NCBI GenBank assembly: GCA_951406725.2
Contig: OX597823.1
Span: forward strand, 13,330,001-13,394,000
Source of the DNA: Octopus vulgaris
Taxonomy: Eukaryota
DNA length: 64,000 bases
Reading direction: 5' to 3'
Of the stretch, positions 55,240-64,000 are shown piece after piece; within the stretch, counting starts at the first letter, position 1, and each line of letters starts with the position of its first letter. The notes under the pieces are model-generated. The model saw only the letters and a list, made by a program, of their open reading frames with translations. It made no database searches and was not told where the DNA came from. The position numbers and the translations under genes were made by a program.

Positions 55240-57467
55240 ATTACCTCTACCTTACCAAAAGCGGAGGTATTGTTTCAGTCGTATTTGTTTACTTACATTT
55301 TTTTGTCCGTGGACAACATATCCCAAGAACCGCTGGGTGGATTCGGATGAAACTTTCAGAGATGTTTGGCATTGTCGTAACTGACACGAACTAGTAAGAT
55401 TTTGTGATCGATCCGGTACCGGACAAGGATTCTGGATTACCTTTCTTTTCACTTAATTTTTGAGACCTGTCGGGTTCATTTTTAGCATTCTCGTTTATGA
55501 GAGGAGTCGAGTTTATTTCAGATATTCTAAATCATCTCCAGCTAATCGTTAACAGGACGTTTATGTTGTGTAGAGTCATTTGATTCCCTGTTGCATTTGA
55601 TGTGTGTTCGCTCCATGTGAGTCTTGTTATTGTTAAATCGTTGAAGGTCTACTGCACCTAATTGTTGTATTAGTGAACTGTAAAATTTATTGTTGCATGA
55701 ATTTTTATTTTTATTTCCCATTTATGGTTGAAGTTGTGAATGGTATCGTTATGGAGGGTCAACCACTTCCAGCAAGCAGTTACGATGCAGCGATTTGGAA
55801 AAGACTAACAGCAGATATACTGCAAGTGAGAGACTTTGGACTGAAGGGAACGAATTTCAAGAAGTCCAACGAATTCTTAAGAAAGGAAGGAGAAGCCGTC
55901 TAAGGAAATTAATGAAAAAAATTGAAAAGTGGACTATAATATACAGAACGCTGTTTCTTGCTACAAAAAGGCTCGAAATAGCTGCAGTAGAGGCAGTCGA
56001 GGAATGCTTGAACGAGATCCAAAGTCTAAAGACGTACTACACCAGAGGAAAGAAATATGGCACAGTGGAGGTACGCTTCACGAGTGAACAAAAAGCGATG
56101 AAATACTCCAACTGAGTGGGTACTATTACCAACCTACTGTGGCAGACGTATGGTCAGAGTTAGGATTGGTAGAGTGCCCCCAGAAATTGACGAGGCATGA
56201 CTGGTGGCAGCCATCCTCTATAATACAGAAGTGGAAGCCAAAATACTAAAAATCATAACAACCACGGAGGTAAATAGTTGGGGATACGACATCGAGGTGT
56301 CGGTTCATATCCGTTTACCAGACCTCCACAAAATTGCTGAGGAATTGGTGTTACCAGATGAGATGAAGCTGAGAGTTGTGGTGGAGGGAAGACCTCCAAT
56401 TTGCTTTCAATGTTGAGTACGGGGATACATGAAAGCTATGTATCCCAAGAAACATGAAGAGGAGGAGATAGAGGAAGCACAAGAAGGAGTTTCAACCGTA
56501 TAGGAACAACGTATGGAAGAACAGTATACAGTGGTGAAGAGGAAAAAGAGTAACACGGACTCTCCACCAAAAAGTCCTAGGAAGAAACGAAAGGGAAGTG
56601 GAGAGCAGACGCAGAATGTGAAACAAGGGAAAGCGAACGAGCACGCAAAAAATGAAAGGCCAACAAAAGTAAGTGACAAAGTCGAAGATTGTAAACAGGA
56701 ACCGTTACCAATAATCAGCAAGAAGGAGGAAGTACAGAAGAAAGAAAAAAAATGAAAGAGAAAGGAAAACAATAAAGAATGAGAGACATACAGAGATAGA
56801 AATACCAGCAACAGTAGAAGAGATTGGTGAAGAAAAAACGGACAGTGATACCGAAAGGAAAACACTTAAGAAATATGATACAATACACGAAATGTGTAGA
56901 GATAGAAAAAGAAATAGCGAAGTTGAAGAACGTAATCATAGTTAAATTGTCACCCAACGAGAACAGCGTAGGTTTCAAAGCTGTTCTGCTGGAAAGAGTG
57001 AGAGGAGAACGGCTAAAGGAATTGTTTGGTGAAAAGTTAGAAGTGACACAGGTACAGTATCGGTTTGATGAATTGCCGCCCGTGGTGGCATTCGAAGATA
57101 TAACGAGGTATTTGGCTGAAAAGAGGGTAAGTGAGGAAATTAAGAACTGAATAATTAATGACTTCGTGTAATTTTTTTTGAAAAAAAGGGAAAAACCAAC
57201 AGATGCAACACAGATATTGAACTGTTAGTAAAATGTCATAAAAAAAACACTAAAATGAAACTGCCTGCTTATGGGGGCAGGTAAATCATTCCTTCCTCAT
57301 TTTTCATTGTATCCTCAATTTCATACCATATGTGTTTTTATGTACCCCGTTGTATTTTTTGACTGTTTTTGTGTTTTCCCATCTTTATAGAGGCCTTGTG
57401 CCTAATAAAAGAAATCAGGACGTTGGCGTTGCCTTAGCGGAGATTTGCGCTCTTTGGGTGCTCTTGT
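55240..57467 (+). mobile_element. Helentron-associated (HINE-like) non-autonomous element split by a retroelement (pieces 55240-55561 and 57416-57467)
   Basis: 5' TTACCTCTACC..GCGGAGGTATTGTTT, internal GGATTCGGATGAAACTTT, 3' CCTTAGCGGAGATTTGCGCTCTTTGGGTGCTCTTGTT (subterminal IR plus 3' hairpin layout). Confidence 0.55.
55562..57415 (+). mobile_element. ORF1-only (HAL1-like) non-LTR retroelement with decayed gag-like ORF
   Basis: 9-bp TSD CAGGACGTT (55553-55561, 57416-57424). Fragments YGTVEVRF, VRVRIGRVPPEI, RVVVEGRPPICFQC*VRGYMKAMYP (degenerate CCHC), then a Lys/Glu-rich region. AATAAAAGAAAT end; no RT motif seen. Confidence 0.7.
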
Positions 57468-57490
57468 TATATTATTACTATTATTTGGTC

Positions 57491-57878
57491 GTGGAGGCGC
57501 AATGGCCCAGTGATTAGGGCAGCGGACTCGCGGTCATAGGATCGCGGTTTCGAATCCCAGACCGGGCGTTGTGAGTGTTTATTGAGCGAAAACACCTAAA
57601 CTCCACGAGGCATCGACAGGGGATGGTGGTGATCCCTGCTGTACTCTTTCACCACAACTTTCTCTCACTCTTACTTCCTGTTTCTCTTGTACCTGTATTT
57701 CAAAGGGCCGGCCTTGTCACTCTCTGTATCACGCTGAATATCCCCGAGAACTACGTTAAAGGTACACGTGTCTGTGGAGTGCTCAGCCACTTACACGTTA
57801 ATTTCACGAGCAGGCTGTTCCGTTGATTCGGATCAACCGGAACCCTCGTCGTTGTAACCGACGGAGTGCTTCCACTCC
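57491..57878 (+). mobile_element. SINE family C (long tail)
   Basis: Highly similar to 54855-55239; has its own TSD ATTATTTGGTC (57480-57490, 57879-57889). Confidence 0.9.
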
Positions 57879-58204
57879 ATTATTTGGTCATTATCAGGTT
57901 TACAATCAATTGAAAATTATCTAATTTTTTAAATCCTAGCTACCTTTCTTTTTCTGATATTCCATTGCATCTGTACAGTTTTTCTTAAACCTTTTCATCC
58001 TTTCATATCATTTACGCCATAGTCTTTGCTGGTTAATTCTCTTCTCGTGTCTCCAAATTCGATATTGTTCTAAATTGTCTCCAACCTTACCTTTCTTATT
58101 TTAACCATATTTTAACTTTTTCTTTTTCTTTTTTACTTGTTTAGTATTCAATATTCATCCACATAGTTTTACCTTTTCTTAATATATCAATTTAGGCACA
58201 AATG

Positions 58205-58410
58205 TAGGCACAAGCCCAGCGGTTTCGGGAGGGGGACAGATTCGATTAAATCGATCCTAGTGCTCAACTGGTATTTATTTAATAAATCCAAAAAGAATGT
58301 AAGGTAAGGTCGTTCTCGGCGGAATCTGATCTCAAATCATTGAAAAAACGGGCGAAATTCCATCAAGCATTTTATCTGGCGTGACAACGATTCTGCCAGG
58401 TCGCTGCCTT
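58205..58410 (-). mobile_element. SINE family B, diverged
   Basis: Reverse complement GGCAGCGACCTGGCAGAATCGTTGTCACGCC...TTCCGCCGAGAACGACCTTACCTTAC...AAATACCAGTTGAGCACTAGGATCGAT. Confidence 0.7.
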
Positions 58411-58559
58411 ATCTTGCCTTAGTATAATACATTTGTTATTTTATATTTCATTTTATTTCTTTTTTACAGTTTCACCTGCTTTCACATTTTCGTGCCTCTT
58501 ATGATTTACCTCTTTTCTTCTAAGAACTGAGTAGCTTCTCCTATATTTATTTTTTATTT

Positions 58560-58890
58560 TTATTTTGTTTCATGTAGTTTCAGCTCACGAGCTGTGGCCA
58601 TGCTGGGGCACCGCCATTTGGTGTTGCTACATGATTTTACTTCACGAATGCTTTTTAGCAAATGCCATTTGGTGCATGAGAGAGTTCGATGCAGCTGCCC
58701 TCATCTGCACCTCCTGCCATGAAGTTGTTTCATCTGGGACACCTGACAGGAAGAGATCCAGTTTTATTTTAAAGACATCTGCATCGTCCCCATGTAGGTC
58801 TCTCAGGTCCTTCAGGAGGATATTGAAGATATGTGGGCCTCTGAAGCCCAGGCTGTCACAGTATCTTGTCCTACATCTTGATGGCAACTA
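58560..58890 (-). mobile_element. 3' fragment of a CR1-group LINE related to 49176-51382
   Basis: RYCDSLGFRGPHIFNILLKDLRDLHG..FKIKLDLFLSGVPDE..MRAAASNSL matches the C-terminus of the larger LINE; same tail motif. Confidence 0.88.
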
Positions 58891-60518
58891 CTAAATATTT
58901 CTGTATTTAGTACTCGGAACTTTTTAGTAAAACAATATTTTTTTAGTCCATTCTGTTCTTTTATTATTCAAATTCTTGGATATTTTACCAGACCATGTTG
59001 TTTTGCTATTTTCCTTCTGTATATTTATATTTTCTGTTAATTCTTTCTGGCTTTTCACTATAAAATATCCTGAAGTAGGTATTGACTATTTCATAGAAAT
59101 CTTTTTCTACTACTCCATTTTTTTTTGGCTTCATATTTAGCTACTCAGAATTAAAGTATTTCTTTCATTTTTAACGCATTAACTATTCTATTCTCACTAC
59201 TGCTTTATCATCTTTTAGAATATTCATGACTTATCCATAATGTTCTAATTTATGACACTCTGATTTACTCAATTTCAACCTATAAATGAATCCCAGAGTC
59301 TCCTAATCTCATAACATACATACTATTTTTCATAGTACTTTTATGTCTGTATATAAGGAAGAATTAGTACACACATTAGTTTGGATCAGTTATTATTCAT
59401 TATGAAGTTACTGATAGAAATGATAGTTGCTGATAGTTAATGATAGTAAACGGGAACAACATCAGGAATGAAGTACTTCGGATCAGAAATAAATGTCAAT
59501 GTATATTTTTTTTATTGACATCTATGAAAGAAAATATAAGGGATAATATGTTAAGAGGTGAAAAGATTAGTTATAGCATTACACTTCGTTTCCTTCAGCT
59601 TGTCTTCCTTTCAATTTTATTACCTTTAGCTATCTTCCATCGTATTTCCTCTTTCCTTATCTGCTTCGGTCATTTCACTCCAATTTATCTGCTTCCTATG
59701 TAATACTATATATTCTAATTAAATTTTCAAATATTTTTTCATATAATTCTCACAATATTTTATAGATATTTTGTAGGCAAACACTTCCTATTCATATCAA
59801 CACTTCCTTTTATGCTACACAATATTTTTACTAGAGTTGGGAAGAAACCCCTAAAATTTGACTATATATATTCTGAGCATGATTTTTTTCCGTTTGCTTA
59901 TTCTTTCCGCTGTATTACTTAATTATTGTTTATCTTTTTTCTCTCCATTATCCATTAAATTCTTACGCATATATTTTATATCAAAGGCATTATTCTCATA
60001 TTTAAATTTTTCAGTCACTTATTTGGCAATTAAGAGTTTTATGCAATTTATGAATGAATAGGGCCTTACTCTAATTTTTTTTTTTAGTATTTTGTTATTA
60101 TTATGATTATCTGTATCAATATGTTATAATTAGAATGTTTATTATCTAACGCCCCAAAGCATATTTTTTCATCCTTTATCTTACACTTCGCACTATCAAG
60201 CGAAATATCGTTACCTGTATATTATTATATCACGTCCTATATATCATAATAATCGCCAATTCAAAATTGGAACATTGATATATGTCTTGTGTTACTTTTT
60301 CTTCAACGTTTACATTTATTTGTGACATTGAAAACGATTTATATCATCTATAAATTCTTCGACTTCTATATTATTATTATATTTACCTTATATGTTACTA
60401 TAGATGTAAGTATGCGTTTTAAAGAAATATATATATGTGTGTGTGTGTGTGTGTGTATTTATATTTACAAACTTCCATTCACTCATACATGGACGCAAAC
60501 CAAATAAAGATATGTTCG

Positions 60519-60575
<57 letters not shown>

Positions 60576-60707
60576 CTGTGTGTGTGAGAAAAGGGTGAAA
60601 TATATTTCATCTTTGTATTTGGGAGGGTTCCAAAAGACGATTTCTAATCAGTATTCTTCATATTTTGCTATTAGCTCATTGGCGTAAGTTTGAGAATATG
60701 AAAATCT

Positions 60708-62025
60708 CTCAGAATTAATTGTCTGGTTACTTGGGAGAAGCTCATAGTACAGAATTCCTTTCCAAACCCACCAGACACAAAGCAAGACTTTTGAAGATGA
60801 AGTCTCGCTTTTGAGCAGGCTAAGGGTGGCTCAAGTCACTTACTCCAGTATCGCTTTTTCTGAACATTTCGGTAGATAATCCATTTCTCATCAGCTGTCA
60901 CAATTTGCTTTAAAAAATGCGTGTTTTCATTCCGTTTATAAAGCGAATCACAGATGGAAATGCGATCCAAAAGGTTCTTCTCACTGAACTCATGTGGTAC
61001 CCAAACTTCGTAGCGATTTGTGTACCCAAGCTTTACCAGGCACTCATGAACGACAGATTGTGGTAGGTTGAGGCATTCTGCTAATTCTCGGGTTGTGCAA
61101 CGTGGGTTATTCTCAATTAATGACTTGATTTGGTCATCATCTGTAGTGGATGGTTTGCCTGATCATTCTTTATCAATAAGGCTACAATCTCCAGCTCGGA
61201 ACCTTGCGAACCACTTCCGTACAGTTATTTCGGATAACATCATTGTAAACTGCGCATATTTCTTTTGTTGCTTGTGAGGCATTTTTCCCTTTACGGAAAA
61301 AGAAAAGCATCAAGTGTCGAAAATGAATTTTCTTAATTTCCATTTTAAAAGGTTACAGAATAAACACAGGTTATAGGAATATAAACCTTCGTCTCACGAA
61401 AATATAGCTTAAACTGTGCTCTAAATGGAGGTATGTGGAGGCGCGTGGCTTAGTGGTTAGGGTGTCAGCATCATGATCGCAAGATTGTGGTTTCGATTCC
61501 TGGACCTGGCGACGCGTTGTGTTCTTGACCAAAACGCTTCATTGAAACCGGGAAACCGGGCCCATGAGCCTGGATAGTCTTTAAAAGGGCACATTTAATT
61601 GTGGAGGCGCAATGGCCCAGTGGTTAGGGCAGCAGACTCGCGTTCGTAGGATCGCGGGTTAGATTCCCAGACCGGGCGTTGTTTATGTTTATTGAGTGAA
61701 AACACCTAAAGCTCCACGAAGCTCCGGCAGGGGGTGGTCGCGACCCCTGTTGTACTCTTTTCCCCCAACTTTCTCTTACTCTTTCTTCCTGTTTCTTGAG
61801 TAACACTGCAATGGACTGGCGTCCCGTCCAGCTGGGAGGAACACATACGCCATAGAAACCGGGAAACCGGGCCCATGAGCCTGGCTAGGCTTGAAAAGGG
61901 CGCATAAATAAATAATATATAAATGGAGGTGTAGTCAAATCCTATTTTATGGACTCAACCATGTTCTAAAATAAGTCGAAAGATAAGCTACTAAATCGGC
62001 ACGAACTTTCCGGACAACCCAATAT
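60708..62025 (-). mobile_element. Mariner transposon, 3'-truncated (ATG at 61343), interrupted by a SINE dimer
   Basis: TIR TATTGGGTTGTCCGGAAAGTTCGTGCCGATTT at 61993-62024. Protein MEIKKIHFRHLMLFFFRKGKNASQA..WVPHEF..LKQIVTADEKWIIY..VLLCVWWVWKGILYYELLP. Confidence 0.9.
61433..61919 (+). mobile_element. Head-to-tail SINE dimer (C-related heads, short tails)
   Basis: Unit 1 starts GGAGGCGCGTGGCTTAGTGG (61437); unit 2 starts GGAGGCGCAATGGCCCAGTGG (61603). Both end GAAACCGGGAAACCGGGCCCATGAGCCTGG. One TSD TAAATGGAGGT (61422-61432, 61920-61930). Confidence 0.88.
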
Positions 62026-63063
62026 ATCCGTATGTATGTATGTATGTATGTATGTATGTATGTATGTATGTATGTATGTGTGTGTGTTTTATGTATGTTT
62101 GTATTCATGTATGTATGTGTGTATCTATGTCTGTATATGTATGTAAAGAAGGAAATATTTTATGAAGCGCCGGTGGTTAGCCAATATTTTAACACACCTC
62201 TTCAGTTAGCTGCTTAAATTTAACAATCTGTTTGCTAAGCTATAACAGTTTAAACCTCGATTTATGTATAGCAATATCGGCAATAAAAATATCAAAATAT
62301 CACTTCATTAAAATATTTCATTAATATAATATAAGCTAAAATCTGATAACCAAATTAGTATGGTATATGTTTGAAAAAGTCAGTCTCAGAAATTGACAAA
62401 GAATTTTTTTTTCTCGAGTGTATTAATGAAAGTAACGTTTCAATGTTTAAGACGTTAACTTAATGTAAGGAAGTTTAGCGTAAGCCTGCAGTTTGTTAAC
62501 TGAATTGGTGGATCTGGAGTAACTGTCAAGGAAGACACTTTTGGATCAGAAGGTCAGGAAGCGACTACACGAGGTGATGAATATGAAGTTCCAAATCAGT
62601 TCATGGATATAATCTTCTATGATGAGCTGCGGGTAATGTGACATTAGCATTGCAAGAACAAATGAAGTCGAGGGTTAGGCAGGGCGATAGATAAGTTACA
62701 TGAAATAACCATAATTAACCGCACTATACAGATGGAGGTTAAAATATCTGTGGATAGAAAACGAAGGAGGAACGTGCAGAAATTGTAGTATGGGGGAAAA
62801 TAAGAGATAAGCGTACATACGTAAATGAGCAGTTCAACCGATACATAACTCTATGCACACATATATTTCGATTCTTTCTGCATGTATTTATATACATATG
62901 TATGCATCAATCTACACACATACACACGCACATATAATGTATATCTATATAAAATGTGTATATGTTTATGCATATATATATATATATGTGTGTGTGACCT
63001 CGCGAGTACCGCCAGCGATTTTTTTTCCTTTGTCTTCCCTTCTCGGGATCTTTCCTTCTCCTA

Positions 63064-63100
63064 TGTTTCCGACGAAGAGCTCCGCTCGAAACGTTAAACA
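63064..63100 (+). ncRNA. Minimal hammerhead-like motif (U4C variant) in a Penelope-like insert (62995-63200)
   Basis: TGTTT-CCGACGA-A-GAGC-TCC-GCTC-GAAACGTT-AAACA. Perfect stems I and II; palindromic AACGTT at stem III. Confidence 0.6.
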
Positions 63101-63488
63101 CTCCTTCTTCCCTTCTTTCCTGAGCGTCCAATAATACTTTATTTGTTCCACGTCCTCGCGGTGCTGTGTATTTTTTTGTGTTTTCTTGTTTGGATTAACT
63201 ATATATATATATATATATTCATTCGCCATGTTGGACTGTTTTTCCTTCTGTTGAAGAGCGTAGGCCCGAAATGTGAAAGACTTATTCATTTTTCCCGAGC
63301 GTCAAACATATTCACTTGCTTGTTGTTCATACACCTGCCTTTGTCTTTCGTTTTTCTATAAATTTCAACTATATACATACATACATACATACATGCATAC
63401 ATATATTTTTATATTCATGCATATATATTTATATATATACTATAATTACATATATGTGTATATATGTATATATGTGTATATATATGTA

Positions 63489-63558
<70 letters not shown>

Positions 63559-63559
63559 A

Positions 63560-63594
<35 letters not shown>

Positions 63595-64000
63595 TATGTA
63601 TGTATGTGTGTATATGTGTGTATATTTGTGTGTAAATATTGCGTATATTTGTGATTGTCTATATTTATACGTGTGTGTGTGTGAATTACATGAGGTAGAT
63701 TAAGGGCATTGTTTTGTTATAGAAATATAGATATTAGGAAAGCCTTATTAATGCGAAAAAATTTCTGATTTCTTTTTTTATACTTGAAATTTATGTCTTC
63801 TCTAAATAGTATTGTATTAAACTGCTGTTCGTTTCTAGTCTCTGAAGGGCAAATATAATCTTCTTGTCTCGTAATATTTTTCTCCATGTCTTTCTACGTT
63901 ATTGTCAGTTCACCATCTGACAAAAAAACTGAATAATAAGAATAGCGAGAAAAAAAATTATTATTGTCCTTATTATTATCATCATCATCATCATCATCAT

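Noticed and set aside
54855-57878. LTR retrotransposon formed by two ~385-bp direct repeats around a gag-like ORF
   Set aside because: The repeats are SINEs with pol III boxes, each with its own TSD; no TG..CA ends, PBS or PPT.

Overview
AT-rich, microsatellite-dense animal DNA, most likely a coleoid cephalopod (Octopus-like, inferred from SINE and repeat style). I cannot support any host protein-coding gene. Content: decayed retroelements (HERO-like and Dong/R4-like RLE LINEs, CR1-group LINEs, RTE pieces, a Mag-type Gypsy LTR element, an ORF1-only non-LTR element), DNA transposon relics (DD41D-type Tc1/mariner, mariner, Chapaev3-like, Helitron/Helentron-like), three tRNA-derived SINE families and many simple repeats. 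An ~11.15 kb block (18508-29654) is repeated almost exactly across a 100-N gap (29755-40911), probably an assembly or haplotig overlap. The most striking unannotated signal is several sequence-unrelated type I hammerhead-ribozyme motifs in short non-coding inserts next to (TA)n tracts, probably Penelope-derived or retrozyme-like (best cases 4047-4095 minus, 14337-14425 minus, 47099-47173 plus). Also notable are a SINE/LINE shared 3' hairpin with covariation, a TSD-flanked ORF1-only retroelement and a TSD-flanked SINE dimer. Family names come from motifs recognised by eye, not from database searches.
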